Source: Kofleriaceae bacterium (GTDB lineage Bacteria; Myxococcota_A; Polyangia; Haliangiales; Haliangiaceae). From it: a stretch of DNA of 64,000 nt. Under the pieces are notes generated by a model. The model had not been told where the DNA came from and ran no database searches. It saw only the letters and a program-made list of their open reading frames with translations. This document shows, in pieces, positions 21,145-34,431 of this stretch (positions are counted from its first letter, which is position 1; each line of letters starts with the position of its first letter). The position numbers were made by a program, and so were the translations under genes. The DNA is taken from assembly GCA_964203225.1 (NCBI GenBank), contig CAXNMK010000002.1, forward strand, positions 417,664-481,663, in the 5' to 3' direction.

Positions 21145-24100
21145 TCATCCCGGCTTGGCGGGCCCGACCGGCTCGTCGAGCACGGTCAGCGCGATCGCCA
21201 TCGCCTTCTTGGCGCGCACGACCATCGCCTCGTCGGTCTTGATCTTCTGGTACGCGCGGAGGACCTGCTCCTGGTAGCCGGCGTTCTCCTGCTCGACCGT
21301 CTGGATCTCGCGGCGCAGCTCCTCGATCCGCTGGTCACGGTCGGAGATCGCCTGGCCGTGTGCGCGGAGGTCCACGTTGCGGTCGGCGAGCGCGTGCACC
21401 GTGGTCGCGACCTCAGCCTCGAGGCGCTTGTGGGCCTCGCGCGCCGACGACAGGCCCTGGCGGAGCTCGTCGCGCTCGGCGGTCAGCTCCGCGATCGTCC
21501 GCACGGTGTCGGCGCCCGCGCTGGCGAGCGCCTGCCGGTGCTCGGTCTCGAGGACCGAGCGCTGCCGGGCCGCCTCGAGCTGCGCAGCCGAGAACACGCG
21601 CTCGTGCTGCTCCGCCTGCTCGGCGAGCGCCTGCGCCTGCGCGGCGACCAGCGCCTGCTGCGCCGCTGCGAGCGACCGCTCGTGCTCGCCCGCGGCGCGC
21701 GTTCCCTCGGCGGTCGTGGCGGCGAGCTGGGCGGCGTGCTGGATGGCGAGGGCCTCGGCGGCGCGCTGAGCCTCGGTGACGGCGCGCCGCTCCTCGGCGG
21801 CCGTGGCGGCGAGCTGGGCGGCGTGCTGGATGGCGAGGGCCTCGGCGGCGCGCTGAGCCTCGGTGACGGCGCGCCGCTCCTCGGCGGCCGCCGCCGCGAG
21901 GGCCTCGGCGTGGTGGGCGGCCTGGTCCTCGAACGCCTGCTGGTGCGCGGCGCTCAGCTCGTGCGTGTGGACCTCGTGCTGCCGGCGCAGTGCCTCGAGT
22001 TCGTGGCGCGCGGCCTCGACGGCTGCCGCCTGCGCCCCGGCATCCTCCTCGCGCTCGGCGCGGGCGGCGGCGACCGCGGCGGTCAGCTCGCCCTGCACGC
22101 GCGCGAACTCGGCGGCATGGGTGGCGGCGCGCTCTGCGGCGGCGCGCTCGTGCTCCGCGGCCTGCGCGGCGGCGGCCTGCGCGTACGCGGCAGTCTGCGC
22201 AGCGGCGGCCTGCTCGTGCTCCGCGGCCTGCGCGGTGGCGGCCTGCTCGTGCTCCGCGGCCTGCGCGGTGGCGGCCTGTGCGTACGCGGCAGCCTGCGCG
22301 GCGGTCGCCGTGACGGCGGCGGCGAGTGCCCGATCGCCCTCAGCGGCGATCGCGGCGACGGCGGTGGCCTGGGCGGCACGCGCCTGGTCACGCTCGGCGG
22401 CGATCGCGGCGAGGGCGGCGGCCTGGGCGGCACGCGCCTGGTCACGCTCGGCGGCGATCGCGGCGAGGGCGGCGGCCTCGGCGGCGAGGGCCTGATCCCG
22501 CTCGGCGGCGATCGCGGCGAGGGCGGCGGCCTCGGCGGCGAGGGCCTGATCCCGCTCGGCGGCGATCGTGGCGAGGGCGGCCGCGAGGGCGGCCTCGGCG
22601 GCGAGGGCCTGATCCCGCTCGGCGGCGATCGTGGCGAGGGCGGCGGCCTGGGCGGCACGCGCCTGGTCACGCTCGGCGGCGATCGCGGCGAGGGCGGCGG
22701 CCTCGGCGGCGAGGGCCTGATCCCGCTCGGCGGCGATCGCGGCGAGGGCGGCGGCCTCGGCGGCGAGGGCCTGATCCCGCTCGGCGGCGCTCGCGGCGAC
22801 GGCGGCCGCGAGGGCGGCCTCGGCGGCGAGGGCCTGATCCCGCTCGGCGGCGCTCGCGGCGACGGCGGCGGCGAGGGCGGCGGCGGCCTGGTCACGTTCG
22901 GCGGCGAGGGCGGCGGCGGCCTGGTCACGTTCGGCGGCGAGGGCGGCGGCGGCCTGGTCACGCTCGGCGGCGAGGGCAGCGGCGGCCTGGTCACGCTCGG
23001 CGGCGAGGGCGGTGTGCGCCTGGTCACGCTCGGCGGCGAGGGCGGTGTGCGCCTGGTCACGCTCGGCGGCGAAGGCGGCGAGCGCCTGGTCACGCTCGGC
23101 GGTGAGGGCGGCGAGCGCCTGGTCACGCTCGGCGCTGATCGCCGCAACGGCGGCGGTCTGCGCGGCGAGCGCCTGAACACGCTCTGCGGCAATCGCGGCC
23201 TGGGCCGCGGCCTGCGCGTCGGCGTGGGCCGTGGCCACCTGGGCGCGCTCGGTGGCGCGCTCGGTGGTGCGCTCGGTGGTGGCGGCCGCGAGCGCGGCGG
23301 TCTGCTCGTTCTGCACGCGCGCGAGCTCGTTCGCGTGGGCCCGCGCGGTCTGCTCGGCGGCGCGGTCGCGCTCGGTGGTGGCGGCCGCGAGCGCGGCCGC
23401 GTGCTGCGTGTGGAGGTCCTCGACGGCGCTGTCGTGGCGCGCCTCGAGTTCGCGCCGGTGATGATCGGCGGCGTCCGTGAGCTCCTGGCGCGCCGCGGAG
23501 AGGGCGGCCTCGATGGCGCTCACATGACGGGCCTCGAGTTCCTGCTGCAGGGAGGCGAGGGCGGCGCCGTGGGCATCGGCGGTGTCTCCGCGCAAGGCCT
23601 CGAACTCGGCCTGGTGACGCACCCGCAGCAGCTCGCGTTCCGCGCGCAGCACTCGCTCGGCATCGGTGGCGCTCGCGGCGCGCAGCGTGCGCTCGCTCGC
23701 GAGGTCCTGCGCGAGCTGGTCGCGCTCGGCGGTGGTGGCGAGGGCGGCGGCCGCGCGCTCCCCCTGCTCCCGCTGGAGCCCCGCGAACTCGGCCGTCAAC
23801 GCGCGCAGGCTGCCGTCGAGCGAGTCGGCGCGCTCGGTCTCGGCGGCCGCGCGCTGGGCCTCGGCGGCCGCGCGCTGGGCCTCCACGATCGCGCGCTGTT
23901 CGAGCGCCGCGGTCCGCGCCTCGAGCACCTGGCGCGCGGTGCGCACGCTGTGCAGCTCGCTCTGGATCTCGCCGAGCTCGCGATCGCGGGCGGTGAGCTC
24001 GTCCTTGGCCAGCTTCAGAGCGGTGGTGGCGGCGAGCAGGGTCTCGCGGAGCTTGAGGAATTCGCCCTGGCGGCCGCCTGGTGACGCCGCGGGCGCTGCG

Positions 24101-25824
24101 GCGCGCGCCTTGCCGAGCTCGGTCTCGAGCTGGCCGACCTGGCGCTCGAGCTCGTTGATCGTGCGCAGCTCTCGGCGGTCGTACACGCCGGACTGCTCGC
24201 GATCCGCGTCCTCGGCGACCGCATCGAGGCCCAGGTCCACCACGGTCAGGTTGCTCGATGGGGTGCGCGGGCGGAGCGCGGGCTCGGTGAACTCGAGCAC
24301 GGGCGCGGCGATCTCGAGCGCGGGCGCGGCGATCTCGAGCGCGGCGATCTCGAGTGCGGGCGCGGCGAACTCGAACATGCGCTCGGCCCCCCCGGCGCCG
24401 TCCTCGACGAGCAGATCGATGCTGTCGAGCATGATCGCGGGCGCGGAGTCGCGCCGGGCGAGGCCCGGGCTGCCCTGGGGCGCGGCGGGGGCCGCGTCCG
24501 CAGCGACGGCGGCGAGCTCCTCGACGGGCGCGCCGAACCCTGGCTCACCGACGTCGGTGGTGGCCGGCTCGGGGGCCTCGAACTCGACGTCGCGGCCCTC
24601 GCCGATCCCGGCGCCGCCGGGGACGGCGATCGGCTCGGGCTCGGTGGGGGCCGGCTGCAACTCGTCGCCATCGCCGAGCGGCTCGCTCATATCGAGCCGG
24701 TCGAGGGCGAGCGTGTCCTCGTCCGGTCGCGAGGCGAGGTCATCGAGTGACCCGAGCGCCGCGAGCAGCGCGGCCTCGGGGTGGGAGGACCCCGGTGCGG
24801 CGGGCACCCCGTCGGGAAAGGGGGGCACCTCGTTGCGGGCGGCGGGGGCGCCGTACGGGGACGGCAGGTCGTTGTCGGGCCGCCCGGGCAGCTCGTCGTG
24901 GCGATCGCCCTCGTCGAACCCGAACGGCGGGGGCGTGGTGGGGGCCCCCACACGGCGAGGCACGCCGTCGAGCAGCGGGAGGACCGGGTGATCCGACGAG
25001 GGGCTGATCACCTCGGGGACCGAAGCGGCCCTTGCCTCGGGCACGGGCTCAGGAACTGTGTCGTCCGTGACCTCGACCGGCGCGGCGGGTTCGAGCGCGC
25101 TCCTGGCGAGCGCGCTGGCGTCGGGTCCGCTGCCATCGATCTCTCCGGGGCCGGACTCGTACCCGAAATCGGTGCCGAGGAGGCCGCCGAAGGCGTCCTC
25201 GATGTCGGCATCCACCGTCGAGTCGATCCGGAGGGTCGACAGCACCGAGACCGGGCCGGGTGCCTCGATCGCGAGCGCCTCGAGCGCGGCGAGGCCGCCC
25301 CCACCGCCGCCGTCGTCGGCCACCTCCACCTCGTCGACATCATCCTCGAGGACCAAGTCGTCATCGCCGAACTGGATGTCGTCGATCTCCATCGGGATGT
25401 CGATCGACAGTCGGGCGTCGGACTCCTCGTTGACCTCGTGGTCCAGCGCCCCGAGAGTGAGCAGGCCATCGATGACCGCGCGCAGGGAGTCGTGTGCGTA
25501 GTCGCGCTTGTCGAGGTACGCGTCTGCGTGCGTCTTGAGGTTGCTGTGCTTGGCGAAGTTCTCGGGGGACACCGACGCGGTCACCAGCACGACCGGGACG
25601 CCGGAGAGCGCGCCCTTCTTGCAGCGCTGGAACACCTTGAAGCCGGACTTCTCCGGCTCCTCCACGCCGACGATCAGCAGCGCCGGCGGATCGGCCTGAG
25701 CGAGCGCGACGCCCTGGTCGGGGTCGAGTTCGACGACAATGTCGAGCCGGTAACCCCGGAGGCAGGAGATCAGGTCCTGGTGGAACCCGGGATCGGCGTC
25801 GATCAGCAGGATGCGTCGGTTCAT
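21145..25824 (-). CDS. AglZ/FrzS-family protein with an N-terminal pseudo-receiver domain, a long acidic/Pro-rich linker and a roughly 1000-aa Ala/Glu/Gln-rich coiled coil.
   Basis: The N-terminus MNRRILLIDADPGFHQ...LLIVGVEEPEKSGFKVFQRCKK...NLKTHADAYLDK matches the FrzS/AglZ receiver-like domain, in which the phospho-acceptor Asp is replaced. A GAGGGG Shine-Dalgarno sequence lies just before the ATG at 25824. The C-terminal two-thirds consist of heptad-rich AAERDQALAAEAAALAAI-type repeats. Confidence 0.8.
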   Translation of the reverse strand: MNRRILLIDADPGFHQDLISCLRGYRLDIVVELDPDQGVALAQADPPALLIVGVEEPEKSGFKVFQRCKKGALSGVPVVLVTASVSPENFAKHSNLKTHADAYLDKRDYAHDSLRAVIDGLLTLGALDHEVNEESDARLSIDIPMEIDDIQFGDDDLVLEDDVDEVEVADDGGGGGGLAALEALAIEAPGPVSVLSTLRIDSTVDADIEDAFGGLLGTDFGYESGPGEIDGSGPDASALARSALEPAAPVEVTDDTVPEPVPEARAASVPEVISPSSDHPVLPLLDGVPRRVGAPTTPPPFGFDEGDRHDELPGRPDNDLPSPYGAPAARNEVPPFPDGVPAAPGSSHPEAALLAALGSLDDLASRPDEDTLALDRLDMSEPLGDGDELQPAPTEPEPIAVPGGAGIGEGRDVEFEAPEPATTDVGEPGFGAPVEELAAVAADAAPAAPQGSPGLARRDSAPAIMLDSIDLLVEDGAGGAERMFEFAAPALEIAALEIAAPALEIAAPVLEFTEPALRPRTPSSNLTVVDLGLDAVAEDADREQSGVYDRRELRTINELERQVGQLETELGKARAAAPAASPGGRQGEFLKLRETLLAATTALKLAKDELTARDRELGEIQSELHSVRTARQVLEARTAALEQRAIVEAQRAAAEAQRAAAETERADSLDGSLRALTAEFAGLQREQGERAAAALATTAERDQLAQDLASERTLRAASATDAERVLRAERELLRVRHQAEFEALRGDTADAHGAALASLQQELEARHVSAIEAALSAARQELTDAADHHRRELEARHDSAVEDLHTQHAAALAAATTERDRAAEQTARAHANELARVQNEQTAALAAATTERTTERATERAQVATAHADAQAAAQAAIAAERVQALAAQTAAVAAISAERDQALAALTAERDQALAAFAAERDQAHTALAAERDQAHTALAAERDQAAAALAAERDQAAAALAAERDQAAAALAAERDQAAAALAAAVAASAAERDQALAAEAALAAAVAASAAERDQALAAEAAALAAIAAERDQALAAEAAALAAIAAERDQARAAQAAALATIAAERDQALAAEAALAAALATIAAERDQALAAEAAALAAIAAERDQALAAEAAALAAIAAERDQARAAQAAALAAIAAERDQARAAQATAVAAIAAEGDRALAAAVTATAAQAAAYAQAATAQAAEHEQAATAQAAEHEQAAAAQTAAYAQAAAAQAAEHERAAAERAATHAAEFARVQGELTAAVAAARAEREEDAGAQAAAVEAARHELEALRRQHEVHTHELSAAHQQAFEDQAAHHAEALAAAAAEERRAVTEAQRAAEALAIQHAAQLAATAAEERRAVTEAQRAAEALAIQHAAQLAATTAEGTRAAGEHERSLAAAQQALVAAQAQALAEQAEQHERVFSAAQLEAARQRSVLETEHRQALASAGADTVRTIAELTAERDELRQGLSSAREAHKRLEAEVATTVHALADRNVDLRAHGQAISDRDQRIEELRREIQTVEQENAGYQEQVLRAYQKIKTDEAMVVRAKKAMAIALTVLDEPVGPAKPG
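22330..23160. repeat. Intragenic near-perfect tandem DNA repeats of about 54-bp units, over 12 copies, which encode the coiled-coil repeats of the AglZ-like protein.
   Basis: Long runs of identical GCGGCGATCGCGGCGAGGGCGGCGGCCTCGGCGGCGAGGGCCTGATCCCGCTCGGC units are seen on the plus strand. Confidence 0.8.
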
Positions 25825-25939
25825 GCCCCTCGCTGCGAATGATACCCGAGACCGCGCAGCGGATGTTGCTGGCGGGCCGGCGCGTCGCTCGGGGCGGTGG
25901 CGGTGGCGGTGGCGGTGGCGGCGGCAGCTGCGCGTGGCG

Positions 25940-26757
25940 TCAGCGCAGCTGCTGCTGCGCGTGGCCGATGAGGTCCGACGTCGCGACCAGCGCCAGCAGC
26001 TCCTGGGCCGCCAGCCGCTCCGAGGTGAACACGTAGCCGACCTGGTTGGCGTCGACGAAGGTGATCGCCGGCTGGCCGTTGGCGTCGTACATGTGGACGG
26101 TGCGGTCGCCGATCCGGTACGCGTCACCACCGCGCAGCTCGTCTCCGCGAACACCCGAGATCAGCACGGTGGTCAGCGCCACGCGGCTGCCACCGACGCT
26201 GACGATGTAGCGCAGCAGCGCGGCGTCGTGGCCGGACACGGCGGTCCCGCGCGCGCCGACGAGCTGGATGTCCGGCCCGTCGAACTGCGGCGGCTCCACC
26301 GGCCCGAAGTGCTGGTGCAGCCACGCGCCGGTGCTCGCACCCTGGACCTCGAGCGGCAGCGAGCGCGTCTGCTGGCGCACGGCCTCGTGGGCGACCCCGC
26401 CGAGGGGCTCGGAGGTCGGCGCGGAGCCGGTGCCGATGAACAGCGCGAGGGCGGCGGCGGCGGCCGCAAGCGCCGAGCCGGGCAGCAGCCACTGCGACCA
26501 CCGGCGGCGACCCTCGCGGGTGCGCTGGCGATCCTCCTCGTCGAGTGCGCGGGCGATCCGCGCCTTCACGAGGTCGGGGGCGAGCGGGGCGACCAGCGCC
26601 GCGCGGAGCAGCTCGAGCTCGGACGCCTCGGTATCGAGGTGCCCGCGGCAACTCGTACAGTCCGCGAGGTGCATCTCGAGTTCGCGCCGCTCCTCGCTCG
26701 CGAGCTCGTCGTCGAGGTAGGCCATCGACAGGGTCTCGATGCTCTCACACAGGCTCA
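25940..26757 (-). CDS. Zinc-finger (ChrR/RsrA-like) transmembrane anti-sigma factor.
   Basis: The start [21 protein letters not shown]...HLADCTSCRGH carries the anti-sigma zinc motif. A TM helix (LLPGSALAAAAAALALFIG) follows. The ATG overlaps the stop of the sigma gene (ATGA). Confidence 0.75.
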
Positions 26758-27438
26758 TGACGGTTCCCCTCGCGCGCGCGTGCGCGCACGATACTGCTCG
26801 AGATCGATGGTTGTCTCCTCCGGGCCGGCGGGCGGTGCGGGGGGTGGCGTCGTCGCCGTCGGTCGCGGGGGCCGGACGTAGCCGGACTCGAGGGCGAACT
26901 CGCGGAGTGCGGCAGCGAGCAGCTTCCGCCCGCGGAACAGCCGGCTCATCACCGTGCCCACGGGGGTCTGCATGATGTCGGCGATCTCCTTGTACGCCAG
27001 GCCCTGCACGTCGCACAGCACGACGGCGGTGCGAAAGTCGTCGGGCAGCGCGTCGAGCGCACGCTGCACGTCGTCCGAGACGCTGCGATCGAGGAGCGCG
27101 CGTTCCGGGTTGGTGCGCGTGCTCGCGGCGGCGTGGACCAGCACGCCGCCGGTGGTGTCCTGCTCGGCGGTCGCCGCGTCGAGCACCTCCCGGCGGCGCT
27201 TCTTGCGCTGGTACTCGTTGATGAACGTGTTGGTCACGATCCGCAGCAGCCACGCCTTGCAGTTCGAGTCCTGCTCGAATGAGTCCCAGAACCGGTACGC
27301 GCGCAGCAGCGCCTCTTGCACCAGATCCTCCGCGTCGCGCGGGTTCCGGGTCAATCGGTACGCCGCGCCGTAAAGCGCATCGGTGTGCACGAGCGCCTGG
27401 CGCTCGAACTCCGCACGCGTCTCACGAGCTGCCGCCAT
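26755..27438 (-). CDS. ECF-subfamily RNA polymerase sigma-70 factor.
   Basis: Region 2 reads ...[17 protein letters not shown]... and region 4 reads ...[29 protein letters not shown].... The gene is translationally coupled to the anti-sigma gene. Confidence 0.9.
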   Translation of the reverse strand: MAAARETRAEFERQALVHTDALYGAAYRLTRNPRDAEDLVQEALLRAYRFWDSFEQDSNCKAWLLRIVTNTFINEYQRKKRRREVLDAATAEQDTTGGVLVHAAASTRTNPERALLDRSVSDDVQRALDALPDDFRTAVVLCDVQGLAYKEIADIMQTPVGTVMSRLFRGRKLLAAALREFALESGYVRPPRPTATTPPPAPPAGPEETTIDLEQYRARTRARGEPS

Positions 27439-27527
27439 CTATGTGTCTGTACCGGGCCCCGGTGCCGAAATATTCCCGGGCTCGCCTCGAAACCGATGCT
27501 CGGGGTCCCGCGACCCGGCCGTTGCCG

Positions 27528-27580
27528 CCGTGGACGTGCACGTGCACGTGCCACCTGCACGTCCACGTCCACGATCCGGT
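27528..27580. repeat. CACGTG-rich extragenic palindrome (REP-like hairpin) between ald and the ECF sigma gene.
   Basis: The sequence is GTGGACGTGCACGTGCA-CGTGCCACC-TGCACGTCCACGTCCAC, a 17-bp stem with one mismatch. No U-tract follows. Confidence 0.4.
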
Positions 27581-27686
27581 TGCCCCATCCGCTGACCCAG
27601 CTGACCGAAAGTACGAGGATCCCTGCAGCCGGGATCCTCATATCGATGCCATGTGGTGCGCGCTCAGCGCCTCACCCGGCGCTCGC

Positions 27687-28793
27687 TCAGGCCTTGAACG
27701 GCACGTGGGCGACACCCAGGGCCTCGGCGACCGCGGGGTGGGGCACCGTACCCTTGTAGGTGTTGAGACCGCTGACGATGTGCGGGGTGTCGAGGATGGC
27801 CTTCTCGAGGCCGAGGTCGGCGAGCTTGGCGACGTAGCGGATCGTCGCGTTGGTCAGCGCGTAGGTCGACGTGCGGGGCACCGCGCCCGGCATGTTCGCG
27901 ACCATGTACGCGGTGACGCCGTGCAGGTCGTACGTCGGGTTGTCGTGGTAGGTCGCGCGAGCGCCCTCGACGCAGCCGCCCTGGTCGATCGACACGTCGA
28001 CGATCACCGAGCCCGGCTCCATCTGCTTGATCATCGCCTCGGTGACGAGTCGCGGCGCGCGTGCGCCCGGCAGCAGCACGGCACCGACCACGAGATCGCT
28101 CTCGATGACCGCACGCTCGATGCTCAGGGGATCCGAGTACTGCGTGGACACGCGGCCCGCGTAGATGTCGTCGAGGTACGCGAGCGTCTTGAGGTTGATG
28201 TCGATCACGGTCACGTTCGCGCCGAGGCCGACCGCCATCTTGACCGCGTTGGCGCCGACGACGCCCGCGCCGATCACGGTGACGCGGCCGCGCTTGACGC
28301 CTGGCACGCCGCCGAGGAGGACGCCCTTGCCGCCGCGCTCGCGCTCGAGGTAGTGCGCGCCGGCCTGGACGCTCATGCGGCCCGCGACCGCGCTCATCGG
28401 CGTCAGCAGCGGGAGGTCGCCCGGGGTCGGCTCGATGGTCTCGTACGCGACGCCGTTGACGCCGCGGGTGAGCAGCTCCTTGCCGAGCTCGTGCGCCGCG
28501 GCGAGGTGGAGGTACGTGAACAGCAGCAGATCCTTGCGCATCAGCGCGAACTCGGGCGCGATCGGTTCCTTGACCTTCACGACCATGTCGGCCGTGCCCC
28601 AGATCTCTTCCTTCGTCGCGACGATCGTCGCACCCGCCTTGATGTAGTGGTCGTCGGGGATCGACGAGCCGAGGCCCGCTCCTTGCTCGATCATCACCTG
28701 GTGGCCGCGCGCGGTCAGGATCGCGACCCCCGACGGGGTCATGCCGACGCGATACTCTTGAGTCTTGATCTCTTTGGGGACGCCGATGCGCAT
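27687..28793 (-). CDS. ald: Alanine dehydrogenase.
   Basis: The product is 368 aa. The N-terminus [17 protein letters not shown] and the NAD-binding motif [11 protein letters not shown] are present, with full-length similarity to Ald. Confidence 0.9.
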   Translation of the reverse strand: MRIGVPKEIKTQEYRVGMTPSGVAILTARGHQVMIEQGAGLGSSIPDDHYIKAGATIVATKEEIWGTADMVVKVKEPIAPEFALMRKDLLLFTYLHLAAAHELGKELLTRGVNGVAYETIEPTPGDLPLLTPMSAVAGRMSVQAGAHYLERERGGKGVLLGGVPGVKRGRVTVIGAGVVGANAVKMAVGLGANVTVIDINLKTLAYLDDIYAGRVSTQYSDPLSIERAVIESDLVVGAVLLPGARAPRLVTEAMIKQMEPGSVIVDVSIDQGGCVEGARATYHDNPTYDLHGVTAYMVANMPGAVPRTSTYALTNATIRYVAKLADLGLEKAILDTPHIVSGLNTYKGTVPHPAVAEALGVAHVPFKA

Positions 28794-29065
28794 TTGTGGG
28801 GCCGAGTATCAGCCTGCCACCCGCGAAGATCCATCGACGGGCGGCACGAGATCGCGTGACGCAATGCGCCAGGCGGACTCGATGACGGTCATCGAATCCG
28901 ACGCGGGCGCCGCGGCAGCCGCGGCGCGCGGGCGGCAGCGCCGCGGGGCGGCCGCGGGGCATTGTGGGCCGCGCGGTTTCCGCCGGATCAGATAGGGGGC
29001 GGGCGCCCGGGGCGTGTGGTAAGACGCCCTCCTTGCGCCCCCCCCTGGGGGGGGCCCGGAACATC

Positions 29066-32218
<3,153 letters not shown>

Positions 32219-32233
32219 GTGCCGTCTCGCGCT

Positions 32234-32277
32234 GACGCGCCGGTGCCCACGCGGGCTCCGGCGCGTCGTCGTTTCGG
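32234..32277 (+). terminator. Probable intrinsic terminator downstream of secA.
   Basis: A GACGCGCCGG...CCGGCGCGTC stem of 10 bp is followed by GTCGTTTCGG. Confidence 0.45.
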
Positions 32278-32319
32278 CGGCAGACGGGGCCGTGTCCGAG
32301 CCGGTTCCTCCGATGCCCC

Positions 32320-32480
32320 GTGCACGTGGCACGTGGCACGTGGCACGTTGAGGGTGCGGGCACGGTGATGACCAGGCGCACCGTCCGCCCGTCCGTCGCG
32401 TTGCCGCTCTCCGGGCGCACCCGACGCCGTGCCCGCCGTGTACGAGCACGTGACACGTGGCACGTGAACGTGCGGATGCC
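32320..32480. repeat. Two clusters of iterated CACGTG palindromes of the form (CACGTGG/A)n, in a convergent intergenic region.
   Basis: The first cluster is GTGCACGTGGCACGTGGCACGTGGCACGT and the second is GAGCACGTGACACGTGGCACGTGAACGTG. They belong to the same motif family as the element at 27528-27580. Confidence 0.4.
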
Positions 32481-32574
32481 CTGGTCGTGCTCCGAAACGG
32501 CAATCGGGCTGCCGGTCAAGGCAGCCCGCTCGCAGAACTCGGGGGCCCCGGGGCGCCCGGCGCCCGCGCGCCGG

Positions 32575-33423
32575 TCAGTGGGTCGAGAACACGTCGACCA
32601 TGGTGCCGTCCTCGAGGGCGTACACCATCATCGCCGAGCTGCGATCCGTGCAGGAGTTGAAGCGGAAGCTCTCGCAGGTGCAGTTGGACGAGCCCACGGT
32701 GCACGAGGTGCCCTGCGAGTTCGTGCAGTTGATGCCGGTGTAGACCGCCGAACACGCGTCGGTGCTTCCGAGGCAGTCGGTCTCGAACTGGAGGCTGCCG
32801 CAGGTCGGGGTCACGTCGCAGGTGGCGATCGCGCCGCAGGTGCCGGTGTAGCAGCCGTCCTTGATCAGCGCGACCTCACCGGTGGCGCAGGTCGGGCGGA
32901 CGATGTTGCACGTCACCTCGGCGGCACAGGTGCCCTCGGGCGGGGTCGGCTCGCAGGTGCCGCGGACCTCGTCACAGAACCCGAAGCCCTGGGCCTGGGC
33001 CTCGGCGTCGGTGGTGCAGGCGCAGCTCGCCACGCAGGCGCCGGCCTCGCAGAACTCGCCGGCGGCGCAGTCCGCGTCGACCGCGCAGGTCGGGGGCGCG
33101 TCCGGAACGCACGAGGAGCGCTCGGTCTCGCAGGTGAAGCCGTCGGGGCAGTCGGAGGCCGCGTCGCAGAAGCCGGCCTCCTCGCAGATGCCGGCGTCGC
33201 TGCAGTAGCAGCCAGCGGCGCAGTCGGCGTTCGACTCACACTGGTACTGCGGCTCGCTCGGGCAGCCGGGGCCGGCCCACGTGCAGCTCTCGCCCTGACA
33301 GACGTAGTAGCCGTCGTCGGCGCAGTAGTTCCATCGGTCATCCGACTCGTTGCCGAAGTAGAGCGAGCAGCCGGCCAGGCCGGCCAGGGACAGGACGAGG
33401 AGGGAGGAGAACAGGTTCTTCAT
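32575..33423 (-). CDS. Cys-rich secreted lipoprotein (CxxC/CxC-rich, myxobacterial-type).
   Basis: The signal and lipobox read MKNLFSSLLVLSLAGLAGCS. More than 40 Cys residues occur in D/E-rich repeats. Confidence 0.65.
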   Translation of the reverse strand: MKNLFSSLLVLSLAGLAGCSLYFGNESDDRWNYCADDGYYVCQGESCTWAGPGCPSEPQYQCESNADCAAGCYCSDAGICEEAGFCDAASDCPDGFTCETERSSCVPDAPPTCAVDADCAAGEFCEAGACVASCACTTDAEAQAQGFGFCDEVRGTCEPTPPEGTCAAEVTCNIVRPTCATGEVALIKDGCYTGTCGAIATCDVTPTCGSLQFETDCLGSTDACSAVYTGINCTNSQGTSCTVGSSNCTCESFRFNSCTDRSSAMMVYALEDGTMVDVFSTH

Positions 33424-33839
33424 GGTGGGTCGACGTCCTTTTGACGCTGCGGGGTTGTCTGACTCCAAAGCATGGGTCGTGCCACCCTGGCAGAGGGATC
33501 GAACTCCGCGAGAATGCTGCTGGTGTTCACTCATGAGTGGTGGACCGAACCGGCGCGGCGCCCGAACCCTGACACAAATGCCCGGGAATTCATCGATCAC
33601 CACGGTCGCGATCAGGATCCCTGACACCGCCAAGGTGTCCACGGGTGGTGCAATGAAGGCGTTATCCTACATCGCGAGAAGACGCGTGGTCCCGTGTGTG
33701 AACGAGGGGCCACACACCCTGTATCGGAGTGCCACGGCAGGCGCTGCCGCGTGAGAGACAGTGAACCCGTCTCGAGCCCCGGGTGGGAACCCTGCGCGGC
33801 TTGCCGCGTCGGGCGGGGCGGCGCCCCGTGGAACCGACG

Positions 33840-34377
33840 TCAGGCCGGCTCGTCGACCGCGCGGATGGTGTCGCGCAGCGTGTGCCGGGCGCGGTCGCCG
33901 AGCTCGGCCGTGGCGCGCCGGCCATCGACCCTGCTGACGTAGCGGATGAAGTCGAGCTCGGCCACGGGGTAGCTCGACAGCCCGAGCCGGAACGCGAGCG
34001 ACAGCAGGGGGCGGGCGATCGGGTGGGGGATCATCACGGGGGCCCGGCCAAGCTCGCCGAGCACCGCGGACAGCGGCATCTCGCCGGGCCCGCACACGTT
34101 GTAGATGCCGCGGCTGCGGCGGCTCGAGGAAGGTGACCGCGCCGATCACGACCCCGTCGAACGGCAGCTGGCCGGAGTGGTTCGACACGAACAGCACGCG
34201 CCCGTGCGCCGGGATGTTCTCCACGCCGAACGCCGTGGCCCGGAAGTCGTGGCGGTAGAGCAGGCGCGCCACCGTGACGGCGGTCTCGAGCGAGTCCTTC
34301 GACAGCCCGAACGGGTCGTAGCCGAACTCGTTGCCGTGCACGACCAGGGCACGGGGCCGGCCTGCGATGTCATCCAC
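33840..34377 (-). CDS. Lysophospholipid (1-acyl-glycerol-3-phosphate, PlsC-family) acyltransferase, interrupted by an apparent frameshift near 34105.
   Basis: The N-terminal part (34377 down to about 34110) contains the acyltransferase motif ...LFVSNHSGQLPFDG.... The C-terminal part continues in another frame (33840..34097) as ...GIYNVCGPGEMPLSAVLGELG.... Confidence 0.55.
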
Positions 34378-34431
34378 GGGGGCGGCGGCGCCGCCAGTGC
34401 TGAACCCGAGCGCGTGGCGGAGCTGGCTGCC

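Noticed and set aside
25825-26154. N-terminal extension of the AglZ-like ORF, MFAETSCAVV...HRHRHRHRPERR.
   Set aside because: It overlaps the 3' end of the anti-sigma gene and is not protein-like. A GAGGGG Shine-Dalgarno sequence and the conserved receiver N-terminus begin at the ATG at 25824.
33486-33512. tRNA-like T-arm resemblance (GGGATCGAACTCC).
   Set aside because: No acceptor or anticodon arms can be built around it, and position 54 would be A. It is most likely the promoter region of the lipoprotein gene.
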